Positions 31,680-43,600 of a stretch of 64,000 nt of DNA are shown in pieces. This DNA comes from a phage, in assembly GCA_012112355.1 (NCBI GenBank), contig GCA_012112355.1_3028.1. The stretch is one strand, 5' to 3'. The translations under genes and the position numbers were made by a program. Below the pieces are notes generated by a model, which was not told the DNA's origin, ran no database searches, and saw only the letters and a program-made list of their open reading frames with translations. Position 1 is the stretch's first letter, and every line of letters starts with the position of its first letter.

Positions 31680-32588
31680 TTAAAGGTCATTCAAAAGGTC
31701 ATCCAGGTCCGTGTCATCAGCACTAGATGAACTACCAGAGCTTGAGCTCATAAAATCATCTTCAGTTTTTGTATTGAAGTCATCAACATTGAATGCATCC
31801 AAATCATCAGCAACTTTATCAGCTTTCTTAGCAGCAGTTGCAGCGGCACCGCCCATCACAGCAGTTCCCATGACTTGACCGAATTTAGTGCTCAGTTCTT
31901 CAAATGATTTGAATTTATCTTTAGAAGTCATTTCAGAAAGGTCAACCATTTGTTCGAACAGTTCTTTCTGGAAAGATTCATCGTCAATGTTTGGAATCGC
32001 AGATTGATTCAGGAATTTAGATTCATCGTAGTTACTAAATCCAGAAACTTGTTTAACTTTCAGTACAAAGTTAGCACCTTCCCACGGACAAGTTACATCA
32101 ACCGGAGTTTCGCCCATTTCAACATCAACCGCAATCATCGCGTTGATTTTATCCCAGATTTTCTTACCGAAACGATATTTAAATACTTTACCTTCGTTTT
32201 CTGGAGCAGCTGGGTCTTTTACAACAAGAATGTTAGCCCAGTAAGAAGTTTTACGTTTAACAAGACCGTATTCTTTATTGTCAGTGTTGTACAAATCATT
32301 TTTATTGATGTACTGACATACTGGACAAGAATCGTAATCACCGTGGGTGGATGAACAGTTTTCAATATACCATTTACCATTTTTCTTGAAACCGTGATTT
32401 ACAAGAATTGCGAATGGTGCTTGTTCATCATTTTTAGACGGAAGAAAACGAATTACTGCTTGACCGTTACCCGCATTGTCGAGTTTCAGTTTCCACTCGC
32501 CTTTATCTTCAGAAGAAAAACCACCTTTATTTCCAGCCAGTTTAGCCATTTGCGCAGCGAGTTCAGCAGTAGATTTACGTTTAAACAT
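31680..32588 (-). CDS. 32: single-stranded DNA-binding protein gp32
   Basis: 302 aa; acidic Ser/Asp C-terminal tail; matches T4 gp32. Confidence 0.95.
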   Translation of the reverse strand: MFKRKSTAELAAQMAKLAGNKGGFSSEDKGEWKLKLDNAGNGQAVIRFLPSKNDEQAPFAILVNHGFKKNGKWYIENCSSTHGDYDSCPVCQYINKNDLYNTDNKEYGLVKRKTSYWANILVVKDPAAPENEGKVFKYRFGKKIWDKINAMIAVDVEMGETPVDVTCPWEGANFVLKVKQVSGFSNYDESKFLNQSAIPNIDDESFQKELFEQMVDLSEMTSKDKFKSFEELSTKFGQVMGTAVMGGAAATAAKKADKVADDLDAFNVDDFNTKTEDDFMSSSSGSSSSADDTDLDDLLNDL

Positions 32589-32690
32589 TTTTATTTCCTT
32601 TTTTAATTTAATTAACAGTTGGTGCTATGACGATGTATGACCTCATAGCTGGTCAGTGAGATAATTATAATTTATTTATAATAAGCAATT
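32589..32690 (-). promoter_or_regulatory. gene 32 leader: MotA-box middle promoter, late promoter TATAAATA, long 5' UTR (site of the gp32 translational operator in T4)
   Basis: TTGCTTAT box and TATAAATA on minus strand about 90 nt upstream of ATG. Confidence 0.5.
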
Positions 32691-33342
32691 AATACTTACA
32701 AGATTTCACAGTTTCAATAAAAACTTTTTTAGCTTCCTGTGAATCGATATTTAAAATTTTTCTATAAGCTTTTAACTTTATAGAATAATTGTTCCAAACT
32801 AAATTATTAGTCTGTTCATCATGTTTATCAATTATATTTAAAAACGAATCAAGCAAGATAAACGTCTCAAACGAAATTATGTTCGATTGCAGAAGTTTAA
32901 AAATATAACTTGATTGAACTTTTGGATTATACTCAAAGATTTCTTTAAAAGCAGAAACTTCAACTTTTTTACTAAAATAGTAAATATTGCGAATATCTTC
33001 TTCAAACTTAAATTTAATTTGTTTTAAGCGTCCGATATATTCACGATAAAACACAAGTGCATCAGCGTCAGAGATGTCACCAATCCAAGCATCTTGGTTA
33101 GCAACAAGATTGCTTATAAAAATTAAAGCAAGTTCCTTTAATTTATATTTTTCTGATAACTTCTGGAAAAAATACTTATCCCTTCGCTTTTGATAAGCGG
33201 CATCAGACACCCGCATGCACCAATTATACTTAATTACATCATACTTTCCATTCATATGTTGTTTTATCATTAAGTATAATTTATAAACTGATTTACCATC
33301 AATATATCTTTCACCACCAGCAGGCATGCGGAGTTTAATCAT
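32689..33342 (-). CDS. 59: helicase loader gp59
   Basis: 217 aa as T4 gp59. Confidence 0.9.
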   Translation of the reverse strand: MIKLRMPAGGERYIDGKSVYKLYLMIKQHMNGKYDVIKYNWCMRVSDAAYQKRRDKYFFQKLSEKYKLKELALIFISNLVANQDAWIGDISDADALVFYREYIGRLKQIKFKFEEDIRNIYYFSKKVEVSAFKEIFEYNPKVQSSYIFKLLQSNIISFETFILLDSFLNIIDKHDEQTNNLVWNNYSIKLKAYRKILNIDSQEAKKVFIETVKSCKY

Positions 33343-33677
33343 AGTAGAAAATCTAATGTATTAGTTTTTTCACAACGAACAACAGAAGGACGTAAAAGAT
33401 TTTCGTCAATAGCTTCTGACTGAATTTTTTCAATTATACCCGAAGGAATAAATTTAGCAAATTGAGTTTCAGGAATAGAATTTTCTTCTAAGAATGCTGT
33501 TGTAGCTTCAAGATAACTCATTCCAAATTCTTCTACCATTTTTTCAATAATAAATCCATTTTCTTGACGATCGAGAAGCTTTGCTATTTCATCCTTTTCT
33601 TTCTTGATTGAAAGTTCTTTTTCTGAAAGACCGGTCTCATCGACCGGACGAATATCATTTAGAGAAAACTGTGTCAT
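33339..33677 (-). CDS. 33: late transcription co-activator gp33
   Basis: Internal start MTQFSLND gives 112 aa. Confidence 0.85.
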   Translation of the reverse strand: MTQFSLNDIRPVDETGLSEKELSIKKEKDEIAKLLDRQENGFIIEKMVEEFGMSYLEATTAFLEENSIPETQFAKFIPSGIIEKIQSEAIDENLLRPSVVRCEKTNTLDFLL

Positions 33678-33924
33678 AAAGTTCAACTACCTCTTCAGTT
33701 TCAGCTTCAAACACATCACGGTTATCTTTATGATACAAAGCTAATAGACGATTAAACATCTTACCATCAACGCCAAGTTCATCTTTAGCACGAATTCGAA
33801 TATCTTTAATCAGTTCATTATAACCGGAAATTTTCAGTTTATGATCAGATGCTTCTTTAATAAATTTAGCCAAGTCTTCGCCATGGATAGCTTCATCAAA
33901 TTTAACCATTTCTTTTTTAGCCAT
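33655..33924 (-). CDS. dsbA: dsDNA-binding protein DsbA
   Basis: 89 aa, T4 order. Confidence 0.8.
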   Translation of the reverse strand: MAKKEMVKFDEAIHGEDLAKFIKEASDHKLKISGYNELIKDIRIRAKDELGVDGKMFNRLLALYHKDNRDVFEAETEEVVELYDTVFSK

Positions 33925-33932
33925 TATTCACC

Positions 33933-34850
33933 TCAAAATTCATTAATGCTATTAGTTAATTTAGAAAGACCCGCTTTTACAAAATATGAATAAATTTTGC
34001 CACGCGGTGGTAATTTATATGAATTATAGTAATTCACAATGTTTGAAGCAATATTATCAGGAATATAATCAAAATCAATTAGAACTAAATTTTCTTTATA
34101 ACGATTATATTCAGATTCTGTGAGAAGCACCTTAGCTTGCTCACGGTCATTAGCAATAGCTTCAACGATTGAAGTTTTCATTGAAGGAGTTCGTTCACCT
34201 TCAACTCTGGTAAACCAAAAGTCAGATCGTACTTTAACTGAAGCAACGTTATCCTTTTTGTCGCCTTTAAGGATTTTAGTCATACAGTCAATTTCAGCAG
34301 AACCGCTTTTAATTTTAACCCATTTCTTGTGCATCGGTGACCATTGCTTAACATTTGGGTATTTGTGAAGCTGTGTAAAGTCACCATCCGACGAAATGAT
34401 TAAAATCTTATGTCCTTCTAAAGAGAACTTTTTAACAAGAACAGCAATGTGGTCATCTGCTTCATACTTATCAATATCCATAACAATGTATGGCATATAA
34501 GCTTTTAATTCATCTATAACTTTATGGCTGGATTCAAAATAACCTTCCCAGTCCCAAGTAGATTCTTCTCGTGCTTTTCCACGGTTTTTCTTATAATAAT
34601 AGGCGAAATCACGACGCCAATATCCAGATTTCGCGTTATCAATACACAGTACAATTTTAGTGTATCCAAGCGTTTTTGCTTTTTTGACATTAAACTTAAT
34701 TGAGTTCAATATCAAATGACGAACCATTGATAAATTAATTTTTTCTTTATCTGGGAAGTTTACTAAAGCAGTTGAAAGCGCAATTTGACTAAAGTCAATA
34801 AAGCAAATTCCTTCTTTGTAATCTTCATCCAGCATCATTTCTAAATCCAT
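33933..34850 (-). CDS. rnh: RNase H (5'-3' exonuclease, FEN family)
   Basis: Internal start MDLEMML gives 305 aa. Confidence 0.9.
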   Translation of the reverse strand: MDLEMMLDEDYKEGICFIDFSQIALSTALVNFPDKEKINLSMVRHLILNSIKFNVKKAKTLGYTKIVLCIDNAKSGYWRRDFAYYYKKNRGKAREESTWDWEGYFESSHKVIDELKAYMPYIVMDIDKYEADDHIAVLVKKFSLEGHKILIISSDGDFTQLHKYPNVKQWSPMHKKWVKIKSGSAEIDCMTKILKGDKKDNVASVKVRSDFWFTRVEGERTPSMKTSIVEAIANDREQAKVLLTESEYNRYKENLVLIDFDYIPDNIASNIVNYYNSYKLPPRGKIYSYFVKAGLSKLTNSINEF

Positions 34851-34877
34851 ATGAACCTCGTTCAATTAGTGAGATTT

Positions 34878-34910
34878 CTATTATATACCATCCAAATCTT
34901 AAAGTAAACA
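34878..34910 (-). promoter_or_regulatory. T4-type early promoter for rnh
   Basis: GTTTAC..18..TATATAAT then GAGG SD. Confidence 0.6.
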
Positions 34911-34912
34911 AG

Positions 34913-34920
34913 TATAAATA
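34913..34920 (+). promoter_or_regulatory. T4 late promoter TATAAATA for gene 34
   Basis: TATAAATA about 35 nt upstream of gene 34 ATG. Confidence 0.7.
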
Positions 34921-34954
34921 CTTATTATTGAAAACACAATAGGAGCCCGGGAGA

Positions 34955-37900
34955 ATGGCCGAGATTAAAAGAAAGTTCAGAGCAGAAGACGGTCTGGACG
35001 CAGGTGGTGATAAAATAATCAACGTAGCTTTAGCTGATCGTACCGTAGGAACTGACGGTGTTAACGTTGATTACTTAATTCAAGAAAACACAGTTCAACA
35101 ATATGATCCAACTCGTGGATATTTAAAAGATTTTGTAATCATTTATGATAACCGCTTTTGGGCTGCTATAAATGATATTCCAAAACCAGCAGGAGCTTTT
35201 AATAGCGGACGCTGGAGAGCATTACGTACCGATGCTAACTGGATTACGGTTTCATCTGGTTCATATCAATTAAAATCTGGTGAAGCTATTTCGGTTAACA
35301 CTGCAGCTGGAAATGACATCACGTTTACTTTACCATCTACTCCAATTGATGGTGATACTATCGTTCTCCAAGATATTGGAGGAAAACCTGGAGTTAACCA
35401 AGTTTTAATTGTAGCTCCAGTGCAAAGTATTGTAAACTTTAGAGGTGAACAAGTACGTTCAGTACTAATGACTCATCCAAAGTCACAGCTAGTTTTAATT
35501 TTTAGTAATCGTCTGTGGCAAATGTATGTTGCTGATTATAGTAGAGAAGCTATAGTTGTAACACCAGCGAATACTTATCAAGCGCAATCCAACGATTTTA
35601 TCGTACGTAGATTTACTTCTGCTGCACCAATTAATATTAAACTTCCGAGATTTGCTAATCATGGCGATATTATTAATTTCGTCGATTTGGATAAATTAAA
35701 TCCTCTTTATCATACAATTGTTACTACATACGATGAAACGACTTCAGTACAAGAAGTTGGAACTCATTCCATTGAAGGCCGTACATCAATTGACGGTTTC
35801 TTGATGTTTGATGATAATGAGAAATTGTGGAGATTGTTTGACGGGGATAGTAAAGCACGTTTACGCGTTATAACAACTAATTCTAATATTCGTCCAAATG
35901 AAGAAGTTATGGTATTTGGTGCGAATAACGGAACAGCTCAGACAATTGAACTTCAGCTTCCGACTGATATTTCTGTTGGTGATACTGTTAAAATTTCCAT
36001 GAATTACATGAGAAAAGGACAAACAGTTAAAATCAAAGCTGCCGGTGAAGATAAAATTGCTTCTTCGGTTCAATTGTTGCAATTCCCAAAACGCTCAGAA
36101 TATCCACCTGAAGCTGAATGGGTTACAGTTCAAGAATTAGTTTTTAACGGTGAAACTAATTATGTTCCAGTTTTACAACTTGCTTATATAGAAGATTCTG
36201 ATGGAAAATACTGGGTTGTGCAACAAAATGTTCCAACCGTAGAAAGAGTAGACTCTTTAAATGATTCTACTAGAGCAAGATTAGGCGTAATAGCTTTAGC
36301 TACACAAGCTCAAGCTAATGTCGATTTAGAAAATTCTCCACAAAAAGAATTAGCAATTACTCCAGAAACGTTAGCTAATCGTACTGCTACTGAAACTCGT
36401 AGAGGTATTGCAAGAATAGCAACTACTGCCCAAGTGAATCAGAACACCACATTCTCTTTTGCAGATGACCTTATCATTACTCCTAAAAAGCTGAATGAAA
36501 GAACTGCTACAGAAACTCGCAGAGGTGTCGCAGAAATTGCTACACAACAGGAAACTAATACAGGTACTGATGATACTACAATCATCACTCCTAAAAAGCT
36601 TCAAGCTCGTCAAGGTTCTGAATCATTATCTGGTATTGTAACTTTTGTATCTACTGCAGGTGCTACTCCGGCTTCTAGCCGCGAATTAAATGGTACCAAC
36701 GTTTATAATAAAAACACTAATAATTTAGTTGTTTCACCTAAAGCTTTGGATCAGTATAAAGCTACTCCAACGCAACAAGGTGCAGTAATTTTAGCAGTTG
36801 AAAGTGAAGTAATTGCTGGACAAAGTCAGCAAGGATGGGCAAATGCTGTTGTAACGCCAGAAACGTTACATAAAAAGACATCAACTGATGGAAGAATTGG
36901 TTTAATTGAAATTGCTACGCAAAGTGAAGTTAATACAGGAACTGATTATACTCGTGCAGTCACTCCTAAAACTTTAAATGACCGTAGAGCAACTGAAAGT
37001 TTAAGTGGTATAGCTGAAATTGCTACACAAGTTGAATTCGACGCAGGCGTCGACGATACTCGTATCTCTACACCATTAAAAATTAAAACCAGATTTAATA
37101 GTACTGATCGTACTTCTGTTGTTGCTCTATCTGGATTAGTTGAATCAGGAACTCTCTGGGACCATTATACCCTTAATATTCTTGAAGCAAATGAGACACA
37201 ACGTGGTACACTTCGTGTAGCTACACAAGTTGAAGCTGCTGCAGGAACACTAGATAATGTTTTAATAACTCCTAAAAAGCTTTTAGGTACTAAATCTACT
37301 GAAGCACAGGAAGGTGTTATTAAAGTTGCAACTCAGTCTGAAACTGTGACTGGAACGTCGGCAAATACTGCTGTATCTCCAAAAAATTTAAAATGGATTG
37401 TGCAGAGTGAACCTACTTGGGCAGCTACTACTGCAATAAGAGGTTTTGTTAAAACTTCATCCGGTTCTATTACATTCGTTGGTAATGATACAGTTGGTTC
37501 AACACAACCTTTAGAATCATATGAAAAAAATAGCTATGCTATATCTCCATATGAATTAAACCGTGTACTTGCTAACTATTTGCCATTGAAAGCTAAAGCC
37601 GTAGATAGTAATTTATTGGATGGTCTAGATTCATCTCAGTTCATTCGTAGGGACATTGCACAGACGGTTAATGGTTCACTAACCTTAACCCAACAAACGA
37701 ATCTGAGTGCCCCTCTTGTATCATCTAGTACTGCTACGTTCGGTGGATCAGTTTCAGCAAATAGTACATTAACTATTTCTAATACTGGAACGACTTCTTC
37801 TCGATTTACATTTGAGAAAGGTCCTGCTTCTGGTAGTAATGCTGATTCTGCATTGTATGTTCGTGTATGGGGTAATAAGTACAGCGGCGGTTCTGATGTA

Positions 37901-38827
37901 ACTCGTGCAACGATTATAGAATTCTCTGATGCTACCGGCTCTCATTTCTATTCTCAAAGAGATACGTCAAATAATGTGTTGTTCAACATTTCAGGTACGA
38001 TGCAATCAGTCAACGCTAACGTTCGTGGTGTTCTGAACGTTACAGGTGTCTCAACGTTTAATAGTTCAGTTACAGCCAATGGTGAATTCATTAGCAAGTC
38101 TGCAAATGCTTTCAGAGCAATAAACGGTGATTATGGATTCTTTATCAGGAATGATGGCGGCAGCACATATTTTATGCTTACTGCATCCGGTGATCAGACC
38201 GGTGGATTTAATGGATTACGTCCATTATCAATTAATAATCAATCCGGTCAGATTACAATTGGTGAAGGCTTAATCATTGCCAAAGGTGCTACTATAAATT
38301 CTGGCGGTTTGACTGTTAACTCGAGAATTCGTTCTCAGGGTACTAAAACATCTGATTTATATACCCGTGCGCCAACATCTGATACTGTAGGATTCTGGTC
38401 AATTGATATTAACGATTCAGCCACTTATAACCAGTTCCCAGGTTATTTTAAAATGGTTGAAAAAACTAATGAAGTGACTGGGCTTCCATACTTAGAACGT
38501 GGCGAAGAAGTTAAATCTCCTGGTACATTGACTCAGTTTGGTAATACACTTGATTCGCTTTACCAAGATTGGATTACTTATCCAACGACGCCAGAAGCGC
38601 GTACCACTCGCTGGACCCGTACATGGCAGAAAACTAAAAACTCTTGGTCAAGTTTTGTTCAGGTATTTGACGGAGGTAACCCTCCTCAACCATCTGATAT
38701 TGGCGCTTTACCATCTGATAATGCTACAATGGGGAATCTTACTATTCGTGATTTCTTACGAATTGGTAATGTTCGCATTATTCCTGACCCAGTGAATAAA
38801 ACTGTTAAATTTGAATGGGTTGAATAA
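34955..38827 (+). CDS. 34: long tail fibre proximal subunit gp34
   Basis: 1290 aa; repeated TPKKL/ATQ motifs. Confidence 0.95.
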   Translation: MAEIKRKFRAEDGLDAGGDKIINVALADRTVGTDGVNVDYLIQENTVQQYDPTRGYLKDFVIIYDNRFWAAINDIPKPAGAFNSGRWRALRTDANWITVSSGSYQLKSGEAISVNTAAGNDITFTLPSTPIDGDTIVLQDIGGKPGVNQVLIVAPVQSIVNFRGEQVRSVLMTHPKSQLVLIFSNRLWQMYVADYSREAIVVTPANTYQAQSNDFIVRRFTSAAPINIKLPRFANHGDIINFVDLDKLNPLYHTIVTTYDETTSVQEVGTHSIEGRTSIDGFLMFDDNEKLWRLFDGDSKARLRVITTNSNIRPNEEVMVFGANNGTAQTIELQLPTDISVGDTVKISMNYMRKGQTVKIKAAGEDKIASSVQLLQFPKRSEYPPEAEWVTVQELVFNGETNYVPVLQLAYIEDSDGKYWVVQQNVPTVERVDSLNDSTRARLGVIALATQAQANVDLENSPQKELAITPETLANRTATETRRGIARIATTAQVNQNTTFSFADDLIITPKKLNERTATETRRGVAEIATQQETNTGTDDTTIITPKKLQARQGSESLSGIVTFVSTAGATPASSRELNGTNVYNKNTNNLVVSPKALDQYKATPTQQGAVILAVESEVIAGQSQQGWANAVVTPETLHKKTSTDGRIGLIEIATQSEVNTGTDYTRAVTPKTLNDRRATESLSGIAEIATQVEFDAGVDDTRISTPLKIKTRFNSTDRTSVVALSGLVESGTLWDHYTLNILEANETQRGTLRVATQVEAAAGTLDNVLITPKKLLGTKSTEAQEGVIKVATQSETVTGTSANTAVSPKNLKWIVQSEPTWAATTAIRGFVKTSSGSITFVGNDTVGSTQPLESYEKNSYAISPYELNRVLANYLPLKAKAVDSNLLDGLDSSQFIRRDIAQTVNGSLTLTQQTNLSAPLVSSSTATFGGSVSANSTLTISNTGTTSSRFTFEKGPASGSNADSALYVRVWGNKYSGGSDVTRATIIEFSDATGSHFYSQRDTSNNVLFNISGTMQSVNANVRGVLNVTGVSTFNSSVTANGEFISKSANAFRAINGDYGFFIRNDGGSTYFMLTASGDQTGGFNGLRPLSINNQSGQITIGEGLIIAKGATINSGGLTVNSRIRSQGTKTSDLYTRAPTSDTVGFWSIDINDSATYNQFPGYFKMVEKTNEVTGLPYLERGEEVKSPGTLTQFGNTLDSLYQDWITYPTTPEARTTRWTRTWQKTKNSWSSFVQVFDGGNPPQPSDIGALPSDNATMGNLTIRDFLRIGNVRIIPDPVNKTVKFEWVE

Positions 38828-38835
38828 GAGGTATT

Positions 38836-39951
38836 ATGGAAAAATTTATGACAGAGTTTGGACAAGGATATGTCCAAACGCCGTTTTTATCGGAAAGCAA
38901 TTCAGTAAGATATAAAATAAGCATAGCGGGTTCTTGCCCGCTTTCTACAGCAGGACCATACGTTAAATTTCAGGATAATCCTGTAGGAAATCAAACATTT
39001 AGCGCAGGCCTTCATTTAAGAGTTTTTGACCCTTCCACCGGAGCATTAGTTGATAGTAAATCATATGCTTTTTCGACTTCAAATGATACTACATCAGCTG
39101 CCTTTGTTAGTTTCATGAATTCTTTGACGAATAACAGACTTGTTGCTATATTAACTAGTGGAAAGGTTAATTTTCCTCCTGAAGTAGTATCTTGGTTAAG
39201 AACCGCAGGAACGTCTGCCTTTCCATCTGACTCTATATTGTCAAGATTTGACGTATCATATGCTGCTTTTTATACTTCTTCTAAAAGAGCTATCGCATTA
39301 GAGCATGTTAAATTAAGTAATAGAAAAAGCACAGATGATTATCAAACTATTTTAGATGTTGTATTTGACAGTTTAGAAGACGTAGGAGCTACCGGGTTTC
39401 CAAGAAGAACGTATGAAAGTGTTGAGCAATTTATGTCAGCCGTTGGTGGAACTAATAACGAAATTGCGCGTCTACCAACTTCAGCTGCTATAAGTAAATT
39501 ATCTGATTATAATTTAATTCCTGGAGATGTTCTTTATCTTAAAGCCCAGTTATATGCTGATGCTGATTTACTTGCTCTTGGAACTACAAATATATCTATC
39601 CGTTTTTATAATGCATCTAACGGATATATTTCTTCAACACAAGCTGAATTTACTGGGCAAGCTGGGTCATGGGAATTAAAGGAAGATTATGTAGTTGTTC
39701 CAGAAAATGCAGTAGGATTTACGATATATGCACAGAGAACTGCTCAAGCGGGACAAGGCGGTATGCGAAATTTAAGCTTTTCTGAAGTATCAAGAAACGG
39801 CGGCATTTCAAAACCTGCTGAATTTGGCGTCAATGGTATTCGTGTTAATTATATCTGTGAATCTGCTTCACCTCCGGATATAATGGTACTTCCTACACAA
39901 GCATCGTCTAAAACTGGTAAAGTGTTTGGGCAAGAATTTAGAGAAGTATAA
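38836..39951 (+). CDS. 35: long tail fibre hinge protein gp35
   Basis: 371 aa. Confidence 0.9.
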   Translation: MEKFMTEFGQGYVQTPFLSESNSVRYKISIAGSCPLSTAGPYVKFQDNPVGNQTFSAGLHLRVFDPSTGALVDSKSYAFSTSNDTTSAAFVSFMNSLTNNRLVAILTSGKVNFPPEVVSWLRTAGTSAFPSDSILSRFDVSYAAFYTSSKRAIALEHVKLSNRKSTDDYQTILDVVFDSLEDVGATGFPRRTYESVEQFMSAVGGTNNEIARLPTSAAISKLSDYNLIPGDVLYLKAQLYADADLLALGTTNISIRFYNASNGYISSTQAEFTGQAGSWELKEDYVVVPENAVGFTIYAQRTAQAGQGGMRNLSFSEVSRNGGISKPAEFGVNGIRVNYICESASPPDIMVLPTQASSKTGKVFGQEFREV

Positions 39952-39956
39952 ATTGA

Positions 39957-39974
39957 GGGAGCCTTCGGGTTCCC
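39957..39974 (+). terminator. stem-loop terminator after gene 35
   Basis: GGGAGCC-TTCG-GGTTCCC followed by T-run. Confidence 0.65.
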
Positions 39975-39982
39975 TTTTTCTT

Positions 39983-39990
39983 TATAAATA
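39983..39990 (+). promoter_or_regulatory. T4 late promoter TATAAATA for gene 36
   Basis: TATAAATA about 25 nt upstream of ATG. Confidence 0.7.
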
Positions 39991-40013
39991 CTATTAAAAT
40001 AAAGGGGCATACA

Positions 40014-40676
40014 ATGGCTGATTTAAAAGTAGGTTCAACAACCGGAGGCTCTGTCATTTGGCATCAAGGAAATTTTCCATTGAATCCAGCCGGTGACGAT
40101 GTACTCTATAAATCATTTAAAATATATTCAGAATATAATAAACCGCAAGCTGCTGATAACGATTTCGTTTCTAAAGCTAATGGTGGTACTTACGCCGCGA
40201 CTGTTCGATTTAATGGAGGAGTACATGTTCCTACTATAGGTAGTAGTCAACAGTGCGGTGTTTATCCAGGTAACGGTGATGCAGCTACCTTTGCTATGGC
40301 AAATATTGACATCGTTTCGTGGAATGGTATTGGTTTTAAATCATCACAAGGTTCAGCAGACCGAACTGTTGTAATTAATGCACGTAATGGTGATATTAGT
40401 ACAAAAGGCGTTATGACAGCAGTAGGTCAAATAAGAAGTAATGCAGTTGCTCCTGTAGCAGCAAATGACCTTACTCGAAAAGATTATGTTGATGGAGCAA
40501 TAAATACTGTTACGGCAAATGCGGATTCTAGAGTTTTCCGTAAAGGAGACACTATGACTGGAAACTTAACCGCACCAAACTTTTTCTCGCAGAATCCTGC
40601 ATCTCAACCTTCACACGTTCCACGATTTGACCAAATCGTAATTAAGGATTCTGTTCAAGATTTCGGCTATTATTAA
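40014..40676 (+). CDS. 36: long tail fibre distal connector gp36
   Basis: 220 aa. Confidence 0.9.
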   Translation: MADLKVGSTTGGSVIWHQGNFPLNPAGDDVLYKSFKIYSEYNKPQAADNDFVSKANGGTYAATVRFNGGVHVPTIGSSQQCGVYPGNGDAATFAMANIDIVSWNGIGFKSSQGSADRTVVINARNGDISTKGVMTAVGQIRSNAVAPVAANDLTRKDYVDGAINTVTANADSRVFRKGDTMTGNLTAPNFFSQNPASQPSHVPRFDQIVIKDSVQDFGYY

Positions 40677-40684
40677 GAGGACTT

Positions 40685-43600
40685 ATGGCTACTTTAAAAC
40701 AAATACAATTTAAAAGAAGCAAAACCGCAGGTGCACGTCCTGCTGCTTCAGTATTAGCCGAAGGTGAATTGGCTATAAACTTAAAAGATAGAACAATTTT
40801 TACTAAAGATGATTCAGGAAATATCATCGATTTAAGCATTTCTACTGGTGGTAATATCAGTGGAAATATAACTCAAACTGGAGATTATTTACAGAACGGT
40901 ACATATAATCTCAATGGAAATCAGTTTGTTTATGCAGGAAAATATATTGAATTTTTACCTAAAACAGCTGGTAATGGTGCGTGGGCAAATCAACACCTAA
41001 ATAAAGCTCCTATCTTTACAGATTTAAGTTCAACTACTTCTGTTTCAGAATACCATCCGCTGATTAAACAACGCTATAAAGATGGAACTTTTTCTGCTGG
41101 TACATTAGTAAACGAAGGTAGTTTTAAATTCCATTATATTGATGAAACCGGGACTTCAAAATACTGGACTTTTAATCGAAACGGTAATTTCATCGTAGAT
41201 TCTGGTAGTATTGAAGTTCGTGCTGGTAATATTTCCGCTTCAGGCAATATTAACTCTGCTAATGGTATTATCACCGGTCCTGAAATTGTTACTAAAAATA
41301 TTAATTTCAGTACAAAAACATTTGTAGCTAATGCTAACATTGGATATGATTGGGTTTCTTTACCTACTTGGGTTTATAACCCACCGGCTGATGGTTCTGA
41401 TAATACTACTAACGGTTTAAACTATTTGCGTAAATTGCGTGCATCAAGTGCATCAAGTATTTTCCATGAAATTGCTGATTGTCGAAAAGGCAAGCCACAA
41501 GAAATTTCTTGGTGGACAGGTGTAGGCCCGGAATCTTTCCAATGGGCGTTTGATACCTCCGGTCGTATTACTGCAGGTAAATCTATTTCGGTAGGTCTTC
41601 CTGATAATGGTACAAATGGACGTTATCCTTTAGATTCTGCGATTTCTATAGGTATTGCAATTGGTGATAACGACACCGGTATTAAATGGGTCCGCGACGG
41701 TGTTATTGATTTCATGGCTAACGGTATTTCATCTGCTACTATTTTGAATAACGGTATTAACAGTACTAAAAAATTGATGGTCGGTTATAGTCGAGATTCC
41801 GGTTCTACTTGGGATTACCCAAATAACAACCAAGCAATGTTTACTGCGCGTACCGATGTTGATGGTAATAATAACGGCGATGGACAGACTCATATCGGTT
41901 ATAGCAGCAATGCCAAGATGTATCACTATTTCCGTGGTACAGGTCGTATGTCCGTTAATATGGGCGATGGACTTCTTGTTGAGCCTGGCATTTTGGATAT
42001 TAAAACTGGTTCAAATTCGTTAAATTTGCGTGCTGATGGTACCATAGCTTCTGTTCAAACGTTAAAACTTAATAATGGATTATATTTTAATGGTGATGGA
42101 ACTAATGCTTCTCTAGTTTTTAAAGCAGCTTCAGGTATTGATGGCACTAAGCAAATCATGTGGGAAGGCGGTACACGAGCAGGTCAGAATAAGAGTTATG
42201 TAACTGTTAAAGCATGGGGTAATTCATTTAACGCATCCGGCGATCGTAATCGTGAAACAGTTTTTGAAGTTAGTGACGGGCAAGGATATTATTTTTATTC
42301 ACAGCGTATGGCTCCAAGTGGCTCTGAAACTACTGGGCCTGTTGTAACCCAGTTCAATGGACAAGTTAATGCTAGAGGAAGTATTATTACTGACGGAAGT
42401 TTTAAAGTTAATGGATTAAGCACTTTAGTCGGTAATGTTACTATGTCTAACGGTTTGTTTGTCCAAGGTGGTTCTTCTATTACTGGACAAGTTAAAATTG
42501 GTGGAACAGCTGATGCATTAAGAATTTGGAATGCTGAATACGGGGCTATTTTCCGTCGTTCTGAAGCGGCATTGCATATTATCCCGACTCCTAAAGATGC
42601 TGGAGAATCAGGTGGAATAAGCAATCTCCGTCCATTAAGTATTAGTCTTAATAATGGTATGGTACAAATGCGCCATTCTGTCACGTTAGGCGATGATGGC
42701 GCTGGCGGTAATATGATTACTGTGGACAATGATAACAAACTTGTTGTTGTTACTAGTCATAGTCGTATTTCTCCTAATTACCGTATGCAGGTAGGACAAG
42801 CAGCTTATATTGATGCTGAATGTACTGACACCGTTCGCCCGGCCGGCGCAGGCTCTTTTGCTTCCCAAAATAATGAAAATGTCCGTGCTCCGTTCTATAT
42901 GAATATTAATAGAACTGATACTAGCACATATGTTCCTATTTTAAAACAGCGATATGTTCAAGGTAACAGCTGTTATTCGTTAGGCACTTTAATTAATGGT
43001 GGTAACTTTAGAGTTCATTATCATGAAGGTGGAGACGGAAGCTCAACAGGCGCAGTTATAAAAGATTTAGGCTGGGAATTTAACAAAAACGGTGATTTTT
43101 ACTCTCCTGGTAAATTAGGTGCTGGTGCGGTTCGTATTGGTACTGACGGTAATATCACGGGCGGTTCATTACCTAACTTTGCTAACTTGAACTTGACATT
43201 AGACCGTAAAGTCAATACCCGAATGGTTTCTTATTCAGGTACTGGCGGTTGGTATAAATTAGCCACTGTAACAATGCCACAATCCACTTCAACCGTCACA
43301 TTCGAAATTGCTGGTGGTAATGGATATAATGTCAACATCCCACACCAATGCGTTACTTCGAAAATCGTTTTAAGAACTTCGAACAATAACCCGAAAGGTA
43401 TTAACGCTGTTGTTTGGTCGATGGATACCGATCAGGGTATTAAGAATGTTGCAACGGTTAATACATCAGGCGATGTTTATGACATCTATGTAAACGTTGG
43501 TACTTATGCTCAGGCGTTAGCAGTTTCTTATTATGCTACTCCTAATGCTACCATTAATCAGATATTTGCAACGGACCAACCGGGTGCAACAGAAACTGCG